This document shows, in pieces, positions 29,655-39,599 of a stretch of DNA of 64,000 nucleotides. Source of the DNA: an uncultured Candidatus Poseidoniales archaeon. GTDB taxonomy: Archaea; Thermoplasmatota; Poseidoniia; Poseidoniales; CAYMED01. The stretch's first letter is position 1, and each line of letters starts with the position of its first letter. The DNA is taken from NCBI GenBank assembly GCA_964389655.1, contig CAYMED010000004.1, positions 34,593 to 98,592 of the forward strand, given 5' to 3'. The position numbers and the translations under genes are program-made. The notes beneath the pieces were generated by a model. That model was not told where the DNA came from, did not search any database, and saw only the letters and a program-made list of their open reading frames with translations.

Positions 29655-30931
29655 TTTCCACTTTCAGTTCGATAAAAGTGCCATCCCCATGCCGTTCCCA
29701 CTGTGAAAAGCCCAATTGAAAAGAGAAGAACAACCGACCTTAGAGTCCATTCAAATACGTCGATCATCGCACTTGCAAGCAAGGTTGAAATACCCATAAA
29801 AGCGGTTACAATCAACATATCGATCCCCATCAATCGACCCCTCCATTCATCCTCTGATCGCTGTTGGAGCAATGTAGTGGATAACACCCAGTTCGCACCC
29901 GATGCCATGTGGGCAATGACGATGAGTGATACCGTAAGCCACACTTTCCAAGGAAGTAGGGCGACACAAAGATAGAACAGCCCACTTATTGGAATAACAA
30001 GTGCTAACGCACGCGCGTGTTGATCCTGATTTGGCGCTAAAATCCGTGCAACAATTGGGCCAAGCCCAGTCCCAATTCCCCTTGCTGTATACATAATCCC
30101 AATCCCCATGGCGGCGGAACCGACTCCAAGTTCGATTCCAATGAGTACAATGAGGAATACAAGTCCACCGCCAAAGATTGACCAGACCCCCTTTGAAGGT
30201 ATGACGCGTCGGACATTAGGGCGTCGAATGATTTCTTTCCCACCTTCCTTGATGTGTGAAAACGCCCTTTTCATCAATCCCCGGCGAAGTTTTGGATCCC
30301 CGGATGAAGGGATGTTTACTGTTCTGAGCAGGACGGCTGCCAGTAAAAATGTCGCAGCATCAATCCAAAAAGATGTTGTTGGGCCCCAAAGGGATGTTAC
30401 AAGCCCCCCTGCGGCAGCACCCAATGCAAGCATTGTAGACCATGTTGCGGATTCAATTGTGTTCGCAGTGATGAGGTCTTCTTCATCGACAATGGTTGGA
30501 AGCGCTGCCCGCTCTGCGGGTACGTGAAGCGCATTTAACATCATCAATAATCCCGCTAATGGATAAATCATCCAAGCTTCTGACGGCTCATTTACTAATA
30601 CATGTGCCGCAGCAGCAAACGCAGATAATAAATTTGAGACTACCATCAATGTGCGCCGATTCCATGCATCAGCAAGCAAACCAGTGAAGGGCTGGGGAAA
30701 GGCAAATGCAAACATTCGAATTACTAGAATGGATCCCAATGCAATTGCAGAACCCATCATTTCCTCAATCAAGACAAACTGTGCAACAACAGTGAACCAA
30801 TTGCCAAAGAATGAGATTGAGGATGCCAGCCAAAGTCGTCGAAATTCTTTATTTTTTTTCAGCAGCTCCAACATTCCCTTTCCTTTGATTTCCTGCGGAT
30901 TGAGTGTGCCAGAAGGGTGGGCCACGATCAT
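29639..30931 (-). CDS. MFS transporter (start ATG 30931 or 30874)
   Basis: FRRLWLASSISFFGNWF, motif A GLLADAWNRR, PAERAALP, EDEWRGR; about 12 TM helices. Confidence 0.9.
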   Translation of the reverse strand: MIVAHPSGTLNPQEIKGKGMLELLKKNKEFRRLWLASSISFFGNWFTVVAQFVLIEEMMGSAIALGSILVIRMFAFAFPQPFTGLLADAWNRRTLMVVSNLLSAFAAAAHVLVNEPSEAWMIYPLAGLLMMLNALHVPAERAALPTIVDEEDLITANTIESATWSTMLALGAAAGGLVTSLWGPTTSFWIDAATFLLAAVLLRTVNIPSSGDPKLRRGLMKRAFSHIKEGGKEIIRRPNVRRVIPSKGVWSIFGGGLVFLIVLIGIELGVGSAAMGIGIMYTARGIGTGLGPIVARILAPNQDQHARALALVIPISGLFYLCVALLPWKVWLTVSLIVIAHMASGANWVLSTTLLQQRSEDEWRGRLMGIDMLIVTAFMGISTLLASAMIDVFEWTLRSVVLLFSIGLFTVGTAWGWHFYRTESGNHASS

Positions 30932-31093
30932 AGGGGAAATAACTAGGATGTGAACTATACCCCAACAATTAACGTTGCTTGTCAATTTATTCCCTGCGTA
31001 AACCAACTACGAATGATGAAAAAGGAATTACCATTGTCGCAGAATAAGCCATAATATATCTGATAAATGCTCGTATAACTGGCGTTTTTCCTT

Positions 31094-31807
31094 TCAATTT
31101 CTGATCTCTGCCCAAACAAGCCTCAACCCAATACCATCACTTCGCTTATCTATGCTGGCACGTAAATGAGCAGAGCATGTTGTTGATTCAGACTCCATAA
31201 GCCACGATCCACCCTTGGTAATGCGCGTTCTTCCTTCAATCGTGGAGGTCCATTCTGAAACATTTCCATGACAATCATAAAGTCCCCATTTATTCGGCTT
31301 TTTCAGGCCAACCTCGCGAGTCGACGCGCCAGAATTACCAGCATGCCACCCCACCTCATCTAGATCTCTATCTCGGTCAGAATGGTGCCAACGCATAGCT
31401 GACCCCGCCCGACAGGCATACTCCCATTCAATTTCCGATGGTAATCTCCAGCGACCAATTAAACCCAATCTTTCTCCACTTTCCATTTCATTTAAGCGCT
31501 CTATAAAATCTTGACAATCAAGCCAACTGACTCTTTCAACTGGCCGTAGACCCGCTGCCCACCCTTCTTGGAATTTTGAAGGGTTTTCCCCCATCACCGC
31601 ACTCCACTCGATTTGAGTAACAGGCCGTGCTCCTATGAAAAAGGGCTCATCGATGGAAGCCATAGGTGTCTCACTAGGTTCAATTAGGATGAATGTACCA
31701 CCATGTGAATTACTAAACGATGGCTGCACAATTGTATCGGGCAACAAACATCGTATCAAATAAACCGCTAAAACGGAATTTTTTTTATACCATACAATAA
31801 TGACCAT
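31094..31807 (-). CDS. FGE-sulfatase (formylglycine-generating enzyme family) domain protein; probable start GTG 31729
   Basis: PVTQIEW, PVERVSW, RLPSEIEWEYACRAG, PNKWGLYDCHGNVSEW, KGGSW, GLRLV. Confidence 0.9.
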   Translation of the reverse strand: MVIIVWYKKNSVLAVYLIRCLLPDTIVQPSFSNSHGGTFILIEPSETPMASIDEPFFIGARPVTQIEWSAVMGENPSKFQEGWAAGLRPVERVSWLDCQDFIERLNEMESGERLGLIGRWRLPSEIEWEYACRAGSAMRWHHSDRDRDLDEVGWHAGNSGASTREVGLKKPNKWGLYDCHGNVSEWTSTIEGRTRITKGGSWLMESESTTCSAHLRASIDKRSDGIGLRLVWAEIRN

Positions 31808-31833
31808 TCTTTCAAGTTAAAGTGGTTTTTTTC

Positions 31834-32262
31834 CTATTTATGGTAGGGAGTTCCTCGACTAATTTGCCCTGCCCTGTATATTTGCTCAAGAAGCACCAAT
31901 AGTGCAAGGTCGTGTGGATAGGTCATTTTGCTTAATGACAGCCGCCTCAAGCCAGAAATATCTGCTGAGCGAAATCCATCCGGGGGCCCCACAATGAGGT
32001 GTGTAGTATCAGATAAAAGCCTCCAAGCCGCATATTGCTTTGAAAACCATTCTGAATTCCCATCATTTCCTTCTACATCGAGAACATAGATGATCCCTCC
32101 TTTAGATTTGATTTCATCAATGACTCCCCTAGAGTTTTTTCGGTCAGAGTGTGATTGAAGATGAATTCCATCTGAGGCGACACGCTTTTCGTACATTGAA
32201 ATCAAATCACCGATTTGTTTTGGGCTCGGCCGCCCGAAGTGGTGAATCAATATGCGCCCCAT
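31834..32262 (-). CDS. rlmH: 23S rRNA (pseudouridine1915-N3)-methyltransferase RlmH, SPOUT family
   Basis: [47 protein letters not shown]. Confidence 0.88.
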   Translation of the reverse strand: MGRILIHHFGRPSPKQIGDLISMYEKRVASDGIHLQSHSDRKNSRGVIDEIKSKGGIIYVLDVEGNDGNSEWFSKQYAAWRLLSDTTHLIVGPPDGFRSADISGLRRLSLSKMTYPHDLALLVLLEQIYRAGQISRGTPYHK

Positions 32263-32339
32263 TACCTATGCGAAGCGGATGTCCATCAAGAGGAGTACGA
32301 TGGCGTAAGCCAATTGATGGAGTACTGTCTCGGAGTGTC

Positions 32340-32669
32340 ATGCCTGTTTGGCCTTTTCGCAAGGCGAGAGTGGAAAAGGCAAAACAACCTTCCCCCAATG
32401 AGCCAATTGCAAGGCTTGGGAAACAATGGTTAGATGATTTACGAGAAGAGTGTGAGAAAGCGTGGGAAATTCCAGAAGAAGGACGAAGGAAGTTGCGCCA
32501 ATTTCTTGTTGAATGGAAAGATTTTGCGGAACGAGGTGAACTTGATGCAACCACTTTGGGCGGATTAGAGCGACGCGCCCGGCATTTGCTTCGCTGCGAT
32601 AATAGTGAATGGAAAGAAACTCTTGACAATGAAAAGTTTTGGCGCCCTGGCTGGCGAATAGGGGATTGA
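32340..32669 (+). CDS. Small hypothetical protein
   Basis: ATG 32340 (MPVWPFRK...) avoids overlap with rlmH; 4-bp gap to the next gene. Confidence 0.6.
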   Translation: MPVWPFRKARVEKAKQPSPNEPIARLGKQWLDDLREECEKAWEIPEEGRRKLRQFLVEWKDFAERGELDATTLGGLERRARHLLRCDNSEWKETLDNEKFWRPGWRIGD

Positions 32670-32673
32670 GTAT

Positions 32674-33390
32674 ATGCTCGCTCTTGACTTCCTTGCTCTT
32701 GTGGTTTCCCTCACAATTTATTGGTATGCCCGCCTTCAACCCTTTCCAGAAATAGGGAGGGGATTTGCTACGGTTCTTCTTTTTTTGACCCTTTTAAGCA
32801 TGTTTACCGCATTGGGTGGCTATCCTTTTCCAACTATTTTTCAAGCAAGTGCTTATGCATTCATCGGTGGGATTGGTGCAGCAGTTGGCGTTCAGCACCT
32901 TGCACGTACTCGGCGAGACGTACTAGTCGCCCCATTTTCCTCAATTATTTTTTCATCATCTGTGATTGCAATTTTAGCAGATCAATGGAATAGTGAAGCA
33001 AGTCTCTTGAATCATATCACTCAGTTCATTTTAGCCCTCATAGTTTGTTGTTTGAGCGTTTATCTCATATTCCGCGGCCTTCTCATTGGTGGCTTGCAAA
33101 AGGCGTGGTCTGAATCAGGCCTTCGCCAATTACGGAGAGGAATTCTCGATGGCCCAAGAGGCGCCATATCTTGTTTTGAAAAGGCCTGGGATCCAATGGA
33201 TGAATCCCTTGATGTTATGTCTCACGCGGCACTTGTCTTGATCCAAGAAGTGAAAGCAAAAGGAGATCCTACCGGCGAGCACAAAAAAAGGCTTGATGCC
33301 ATGGGTGGTTGGAAGGCGGTCGATTCGACTTGGATCGAGGCGATCCGTGCTATGTTGGATGAAACTGGTTCGAATTCAGGCCCCGCATGA
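32674..33390 (+). CDS. Hypothetical multi-pass membrane protein with C-terminal TPR-like helices
   Basis: About 5 TM segments, then GAISCFEKAW-type helical region. Confidence 0.7.
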   Translation: MLALDFLALVVSLTIYWYARLQPFPEIGRGFATVLLFLTLLSMFTALGGYPFPTIFQASAYAFIGGIGAAVGVQHLARTRRDVLVAPFSSIIFSSSVIAILADQWNSEASLLNHITQFILALIVCCLSVYLIFRGLLIGGLQKAWSESGLRQLRRGILDGPRGAISCFEKAWDPMDESLDVMSHAALVLIQEVKAKGDPTGEHKKRLDAMGGWKAVDSTWIEAIRAMLDETGSNSGPA

Positions 33391-34037
33391 AACGGTTGAA
33401 ATCGTTCACCGCCCCCGCAAGAATCGTGGTTCATATTACACGCGTGCATACTGGCGTCGGAGATGCCGGAAAGACCCAACTTCTTGATGGAACGGAAGTG
33501 TCCAAAGATGATTCTAGAGTGATCGCCATAGGAGACCTCGATGAAGCGAATTCATGGATTGGATATGCTAGAATGGAAGTTCATAGAATGCGTGATAATC
33601 ACCGGGATGGCGGTCCAAGGGCGGTTGTTCGGGCAATCAAAAGTCGCATGCTGCCTGCCCTTGATTCACGTCTGAATGAACTCTTTGATATTGGCTCGGA
33701 AATATCTGCGCCACTAGGCGAATTTCCAGAATCAATTATCGTGTTGCCACAAGAGGTTGCAGATTCATTAATCACTGAAATGGATGAAATGCTTGAGGAC
33801 CTTGAGCCACTAAACTCATTCATTCTACCCACAGGGCTTGCCCCAGTTGCCGCCCTTCAAGTAGGCCGAGCGGTTGTTCGTAGGTCTGAACGAAGTATTG
33901 CCGCCCTTGAGGGAACACGCCCGGAAATTCGATCTTACATTAATCGCCTTTCTGATTGGATGTTTGTTTCTGCCCGATGGATTACGAAAACATTAGGGGA
34001 AAAAGAAGCGCTATGGATTCCTTTTGGGCAGCGTTAG
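33387..34037 (+). CDS. ATP:cob(I)alamin adenosyltransferase, PduO type (probable start GTG 33426)
   Basis: TRVHTGVGDAGKT, GDLDEANSWIG, LFDIGSEI, FILPTG, RAVVRRSER, YINRLSDWMFVSAR. Confidence 0.92.
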   Translation: MKRLKSFTAPARIVVHITRVHTGVGDAGKTQLLDGTEVSKDDSRVIAIGDLDEANSWIGYARMEVHRMRDNHRDGGPRAVVRAIKSRMLPALDSRLNELFDIGSEISAPLGEFPESIIVLPQEVADSLITEMDEMLEDLEPLNSFILPTGLAPVAALQVGRAVVRRSERSIAALEGTRPEIRSYINRLSDWMFVSARWITKTLGEKEALWIPFGQR

Positions 34038-34051
34038 GATATGACGATTCC

Positions 34052-34444
34052 TCATTTCATTGCCGCACGAGCATCTCTGAGAACTAATTTCGATTCTTCG
34101 TGAGTTAACCGAGCTTCAGCACTTTCCCAATCCAACCACACATGCGCATCATGCTCTCGAGAGAGAACCACATCAATTTCAGTTGTTGTCGCTAAGAACC
34201 AATGAACTTGTTTCTTTTTTAGGCGCCCGGAGTTTTTGTACGCATATTCTGAATGTGATTTGAATTCATGATCAATTATCACATTTTCGATTCCGGTTTC
34301 TTCTTTCAATTCCCTGAGTGCCGTCTCAATATGCTCTTCCCCATCTTCGATATGTCCCTTTGGCAAGTCCCAATGCCCTAATCGATGAAGCAACAGCAAG
34401 ACGCTATCACAATTTACGAGGACAATTCCACAACTTGTTTCCAC
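34052..34444 (-). CDS. NUDIX hydrolase, asymmetric Ap4A hydrolase-like
   Basis: SCGIV, GHWDLPKGHIEDGE...TALRELKEETG Nudix box, K.VHWFLA, LSREH. Confidence 0.9.
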   Translation of the reverse strand: METSCGIVLVNCDSVLLLLHRLGHWDLPKGHIEDGEEHIETALRELKEETGIENVIIDHEFKSHSEYAYKNSGRLKKKQVHWFLATTTEIDVVLSREHDAHVWLDWESAEARLTHEESKLVLRDARAAMK

Positions 34445-34512
34445 ACCCCATGCTCATATTGCCTCCTTCATCAAGCGATCGGCGAATATGTTGGGGAAAG
34501 GTGGATCAATGA

Positions 34513-35571
34513 GTGGTCCTCGGCAGGATGATGACTGCTGCCCCAGCCGCCGCCGACCCTTTGAGCGGCGTCCCCAATATTGAACGAATTGTTGCTGACT
34601 GTGATTTGGATGGACTTATGGCCACAGCGGTTCTCAAAATGGTCTATCCAAAGGCTTCCGTATATTTCGCTCATCCAGCCCGAATGCGAGAGCCCGAAAT
34701 AGAATCAATCATCAACATAAATACGGCAATTTGCGATCTTCCCTTTCACCCAAATTGTGGACTGTGGTTAGATCACCACCTTACAAATAAGCCAACGAGC
34801 GAAGAAAAAAGAGAGCATTCTTTGAAAGGGGGAAAATCGATTTGGGAGCCCTTAGACTCAGCCGCGAGAGTAGCCTATGAGTTATTTCGAACAAAATTTG
34901 ATTTATCCGCATTAGGTGAAATGATGGACATGGTTGACAAGATTGACAGTGGAAGATTAACCCCTGATGAATTTTTAGACCCTGATGCCACGACCAAACT
35001 TTCTCGCACGATCGGATTAGATGATACTGAATATGTTCTCAAAGTCCTTGATTGGTTGGTTGCTTGTACCCCCTTGGAAGAGATCATGATGGAACCCGAG
35101 GTAATTGCACGCGTGAATGCAGCAGAAGAAAGTAATCGGATGATTATTGAGTTACTTCCTTCAAAAGGGAAAATCATTGACCGTATTGGGATTGCTAGGT
35201 TAGAAGACACAGGATTGGGCACGAATGGCTTTCTCTTCACTGCATATTGGGGGGATGATGTTGATGCAGTGTGTGTAGTAAAGGGGTACTTGGGTGGGGA
35301 TTTAGATGATTCTAATAGGCCCCCTTACTCAGTCTCTTTCTACAACAATTCCTTCCTGCATGGCACAAATGGGGTTATGGACCTCACCCGCCTTGCTACA
35401 AAACTCGATGCAACTGGCGGGGGACATGCAAATGCCTGTGGGTGTCGTATCATGGCGATTGATGATTCACAAGAGGTTGTGAAACGCCCCGTTACCAAGG
35501 ACGATATCGATCGAAACATCGCTGCATGGCTGGAAGAATGGCGCCATGGCCGATCTCCATTAAAGGATTGA
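34513..35571 (+). CDS. DHH/DHHA1 family phosphoesterase (NrnB/oligoribonuclease-like)
   Basis: DCDLDG, CDLP, LDHH, SAARV, VDKIDSG, GGGHANACG. Confidence 0.87.
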   Translation: MVLGRMMTAAPAAADPLSGVPNIERIVADCDLDGLMATAVLKMVYPKASVYFAHPARMREPEIESIININTAICDLPFHPNCGLWLDHHLTNKPTSEEKREHSLKGGKSIWEPLDSAARVAYELFRTKFDLSALGEMMDMVDKIDSGRLTPDEFLDPDATTKLSRTIGLDDTEYVLKVLDWLVACTPLEEIMMEPEVIARVNAAEESNRMIIELLPSKGKIIDRIGIARLEDTGLGTNGFLFTAYWGDDVDAVCVVKGYLGGDLDDSNRPPYSVSFYNNSFLHGTNGVMDLTRLATKLDATGGGHANACGCRIMAIDDSQEVVKRPVTKDDIDRNIAAWLEEWRHGRSPLKD

Positions 35572-36027
35572 GATAAGATAAATTAGGCCAATGAATGCAT
35601 CTAATCCCGCAAGAATCAGTACCAAATCCGCCGCCCGACCATGGCGCTTCATTTCGTGTGCAAACGGTTCTTTCTTTTCTTTACTTTTTTTGACAGCTCT
35701 TCCCTTCGACCATGTGATTGCAAGTAAGAACACTCCCATACTTCCAAATGCCCCATGCGGATGCATTGGCAACATTGCTCGAAGAAGTGATTTTCCATCG
35801 ATCGATTGACGAATAATATTTGCTCCATATCCAAGTAAAACAAGCAAGATTGCACACCAGATAATTCGGTTCCCCCACCGCTCATGGGCATCCAGTGCGC
35901 TTTTCCTTTCCTCCCCTCGTAAACGCCTCCCTCTTCCCCTCCAAGCGTGCTGCCACCATAGCCATGAAAGGAAGCAAAGTGCGAGGATCGGGTGCATCAA
36001 GAGCACTGCAGTCCGAACTAGGTCCAC
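35560..36027 (-). CDS. Four-TM membrane protein with conserved His residues (DUF4079 / cytochrome b561-like)
   Basis: LMHP, AHERWG, HPHG and RHGR histidines placed at four hydrophobic helices. Confidence 0.65.
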   Translation of the reverse strand: MDLVRTAVLLMHPILALCFLSWLWWQHAWRGRGRRLRGEERKSALDAHERWGNRIIWCAILLVLLGYGANIIRQSIDGKSLLRAMLPMHPHGAFGSMGVFLLAITWSKGRAVKKSKEKKEPFAHEMKRHGRAADLVLILAGLDAFIGLIYLISIL

Positions 36028-36115
36028 GGAGATGGCGTGGTGTTCACTGATTCAACGGCTCCGATTGTGGTGCAATTGAATAGAGAGGATTGAAGAGCAA
36101 CGATCCGACGGCGAA

Positions 36116-39100
36116 TTGGGCACCATGGAACGGGATTTACTCACCTGTGTCGACCGCGCACGTGGGGCACAGGGCAATGCACCTGAGAAATTGCGCGCTG
36201 CCATGTCAGATACATCGTGGAAATTGTTAGATAATGGAGAAAGGGGTCTCATGATGTGCCTACTTCTCTCAGATGATAAAGAGAGCAAAGGGCACACAAT
36301 TCGTAGGGGTATGCGCCGAGGACCCGGCGGGAGAAATGAACGGCGCCCAGAACGAGAACGCTGGCTACTAGAAGTCGACTTGGAAGATGAAAACCTCTCT
36401 GCAGCCATGCGATGGGCTTGCTTGAAGATACGACATGAGAATGGCCTTAATTCACCAAAACATGCCGATGAGGTCTTGTCATCTCTTCGTAAGGAATGTG
36501 ACAAGGGCGTACATCCAGTATGGGCTAAAATTTCAGAATTATCCCCCGCGGTGGCAGAATTTATTGAAATGCCTGTGCTAGATGTTTCAGAATCAACCCA
36601 AGATTTTGATATCACGGGGTGGTATGCCGCATCGCGCATTGACCCAATGGATCTTACTCAATTACTTTGGTGGTTGAAAAAACCAATTCCTTATGCCCTT
36701 TCACCCGATGCACAGGTGAATTTGCGAAACTTAACGCAGGCCATTCAAACTAGAAAACGTGGAAAAAACCTTGATTTAAACCCATTCTTGCACCCATCTC
36801 TATTTTCCATTGAAGGGGAAGGGGGCCTCCTTGGCGCGATATTATCTATCTCAGCGAAACGAGATGATGCCAAAGAGCTCTTGCTTGCAGTTTCTGGAGA
36901 TGGGGTTGAAACAGCGACGGATTTGCTGACGCTAATGCAACTTCGAGATGGAATAAGTGATGGGTTTCAGGAATCTGTATCAAACAAGGAAACCGATCAC
37001 CTATCCACCGCTCTCCGCATAGCCGCGTGGAAATGCGCCCCTGAGGAAGGGTACAAAGTGAGTTTGAAAGAACTTCAAGCAGGGGAATCATTGCTTTCTG
37101 AAGACGATGCTTCAGCCCGGCGAAGAATAAGGTGGTGGATCGTGGTTGCCCTTTTACGGAAAGGGGACATTCTGAATGCGGAGAAATATTTGCCCGAGGA
37201 CGCCGATGACTTATCCAAAGCAATTGACACAGTACGTGAATTGGCTGCAAAAGGCAGCGAAGTTGGCGGGGATTGGTTACGATCCAAGTTTTGGGAAATG
37301 GATGCTCAATCCCTTCTCGCCGTGATTTCAGAACAAAGGATTGCCGAGAACTTGCGTGTCAGCGCAACAGAGGCAATCATTGAACTAGATGTGGAAAATT
37401 GGTCCCAATCATCTTCTGTGTTGATTGACGTTCTTCTTTCTTCAGTTAATATTGGTGTGTTAAGCAAACTCCTCGAACGACTTGGTCCAGAAGCAGGTAT
37501 GCTCCACCCCCATGCCGCCCTTATTTCAGCACATTTGCACCCTGCTGAGCCTGAGGGCCCTTCAGTTGAAGCAAGATCTACTGCCCGCCATACCGCAATT
37601 AAGTCATTGCGGGATGCCAATGCAAAATTAGTTCCTGATACGGTTTCCTCAATATCTAATGCCTTGTTACATCACCTGGATGGTGGTATCTCTGATGAAA
37701 AAGAAGGAGCGGGTCCTACTCAATTTGGACTTGATTTGAATGGCTACAAGGCACTGAAACAATGCCGAAGAGCCCTCGCAGAAGGGGGTGATGGTCTTGT
37801 TGCAGACCGTCGTTTAGATGTATTACGTCAATCAGTTTCGAATGCGGATTTCAATACTATTGAACGTGCATTATTCAACACACTGATTTCAACTCTAGAA
37901 ATATCTCGAGCCGCTGTTTTATTGCAACGGACACAAGATCCGCAATCAATTATTGAATCAGAATCAATTCTACAAAAAATTCTCGAAGAAGGGGATCTTA
38001 AAGGCCGAATTCTCGGCGCAATCACTCAACTCGTTGTAGAACATGGATTGGGTATTCATCAACTAATGGAATGGTATCGCGTAAATGATCCAAGGCACAG
38101 TGCTGCTGCTGCAGTGCAGGCGGGATATCATGACAAACAAGGGGATTATCGTCGGGCAGCTCGCTTATGGGTCCATGCTGCCAAAAATCAGGAAACTGAT
38201 TTGGAAAACCGCGTTCGATTTGGCAGACTTGCACTAATTGGATTGGCGCGTGGAAAACATTGGGATGATGCCTTGAATCTTCTCAATGACATTTCATCAC
38301 TTCGGTCTATGGTTACAGAAGATTTCCAACTATACCTTTCCATTAATCACTTGATGTCGAAAGGAAACGGTGACACGGCGCGAAAGAAGTTAATTGAGCA
38401 CTGTTCTACTGAAACACTTGAGGTTCGAGTCAATGAGGAGGGGGAAGAACAGAGAACTGTTCGGCGGGATGTATCGATAGAAATTCTTGAAGGACTGCTT
38501 GATTACCCATCTAGACATCGACATTTACTGCCTCCTGAGCCATTTACCGGGAGAATACGAGCAACATTACGCAGGCAACGTGAACGATTAGTTCGTACAA
38601 ACCGTGAGCGTGCACCCGCAAGACTAAGATTTCGAATGGCCTTTGAGGAGGGTGATCATGAGGCAATTGGCCCACTTGTCGAATCAGTAGCAAGAAATGA
38701 TCCATCAGCAGCACTTCGTATGATCGAGCAATGCCTTTCATCAGACCGATTTTGGGAATCATCAAAGCGACAATTAATTTCACTTGGCCGTTCTTTATTC
38801 AAGTTGCATGAGGCAAAAATACCCATACGGAAACGGAAGCATTTTCACCATCTTGACCTGAAACCCCTTGTCATTCTTGATACGAATATTCTAGTCGATG
38901 CCTTGAGGGATGAAATCGCACAAGAAGTTGGCCTAGGGCCCGACATTGTTCTTGAATTAGGGGGCCGCACTGCGTTTCGCCGCCGCCTCCTCAAGCAAAT
39001 TGAATCTAAATCAATTCTAGGTTGGATACCTCCTGTCGTGCGAGATGGTGAAATGGAAAAATGGAAGCACAAGGATGAGGCACTGGCATTGTTTGACAAC

Positions 39101-39532
39101 GTTCTTTTATCCTCTGATATTTCGGATAAAATTTCTTCAATCGCTGAAAAAACAAGAGATTCGGTCCTCAAACGGTGGTCGACTTGGCCAGCACTGGGCC
39201 ATGAGATGAATGAAGAAGCCGTTCCATTGATTGAAGACCTTCTTTGTAGCCACTATGATACATTTGTTCAGATTAACCGAATTAAAAGGAAAGAAGTTAG
39301 AACTGAATTGAGGGGGGATAAAATCTATCCAGAAACAGGGGATTTGGAAGTTATGATGGAAGCAATGTCGATCGCTGAGTCTTCCCTGTCGGGAATTCAA
39401 TCCGTTGCAGTGGCTACGATGGATTCAGATTTCATCATGATTCAGCGCGCCCTTGAAGATCGATTTGGTTTTGCCGTAATTTCCGATGCTGAAGGTCTAC
39501 AGAGATTAATCGGTGAAACCAAAAAAGCCTAA
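36116..39532 (+). CDS. Large alpha-solenoid protein with C-terminal PIN-domain nuclease
   Basis: VILDTNILV (about 38864), IPPVVRDGE, PETGDLEV and VATMDSDF supply the PIN acidic tetrad; upstream about 900 aa is helical with TPR-like segments. Confidence 0.78.
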   Translation: MGTMERDLLTCVDRARGAQGNAPEKLRAAMSDTSWKLLDNGERGLMMCLLLSDDKESKGHTIRRGMRRGPGGRNERRPERERWLLEVDLEDENLSAAMRWACLKIRHENGLNSPKHADEVLSSLRKECDKGVHPVWAKISELSPAVAEFIEMPVLDVSESTQDFDITGWYAASRIDPMDLTQLLWWLKKPIPYALSPDAQVNLRNLTQAIQTRKRGKNLDLNPFLHPSLFSIEGEGGLLGAILSISAKRDDAKELLLAVSGDGVETATDLLTLMQLRDGISDGFQESVSNKETDHLSTALRIAAWKCAPEEGYKVSLKELQAGESLLSEDDASARRRIRWWIVVALLRKGDILNAEKYLPEDADDLSKAIDTVRELAAKGSEVGGDWLRSKFWEMDAQSLLAVISEQRIAENLRVSATEAIIELDVENWSQSSSVLIDVLLSSVNIGVLSKLLERLGPEAGMLHPHAALISAHLHPAEPEGPSVEARSTARHTAIKSLRDANAKLVPDTVSSISNALLHHLDGGISDEKEGAGPTQFGLDLNGYKALKQCRRALAEGGDGLVADRRLDVLRQSVSNADFNTIERALFNTLISTLEISRAAVLLQRTQDPQSIIESESILQKILEEGDLKGRILGAITQLVVEHGLGIHQLMEWYRVNDPRHSAAAAVQAGYHDKQGDYRRAARLWVHAAKNQETDLENRVRFGRLALIGLARGKHWDDALNLLNDISSLRSMVTEDFQLYLSINHLMSKGNGDTARKKLIEHCSTETLEVRVNEEGEEQRTVRRDVSIEILEGLLDYPSRHRHLLPPEPFTGRIRATLRRQRERLVRTNRERAPARLRFRMAFEEGDHEAIGPLVESVARNDPSAALRMIEQCLSSDRFWESSKRQLISLGRSLFKLHEAKIPIRKRKHFHHLDLKPLVILDTNILVDALRDEIAQEVGLGPDIVLELGGRTAFRRRLLKQIESKSILGWIPPVVRDGEMEKWKHKDEALALFDNVLLSSDISDKISSIAEKTRDSVLKRWSTWPALGHEMNEEAVPLIEDLLCSHYDTFVQINRIKRKEVRTELRGDKIYPETGDLEVMMEAMSIAESSLSGIQSVAVATMDSDFIMIQRALEDRFGFAVISDAEGLQRLIGETKKA

Positions 39533-39599
39533 TTCCCCGTCGAATCAGGCTTTTAATTCAAACAAAAGACCTATGAGGGTCCGGTCGTGACGAACAGCA

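Noticed and set aside
30932-31807. FGE/CLec-fold gene as a diversity-generating retroelement target
   Set aside because: No template repeat resembling its 3' end was seen nearby and there is no reverse transcriptase in the window; a remote DGR cannot be excluded
36052-36639. 195-aa minus-strand ORF (and the many other short nested or antisense ORFs in the track)
   Set aside because: They overlap longer ORFs with recognisable motifs, and their Ser/Ile/Pro-rich composition is typical of antisense frames
36116-39532. VapBC toxin-antitoxin locus
   Set aside because: The PIN is fused to about 900 aa and no small antitoxin gene is adjacent
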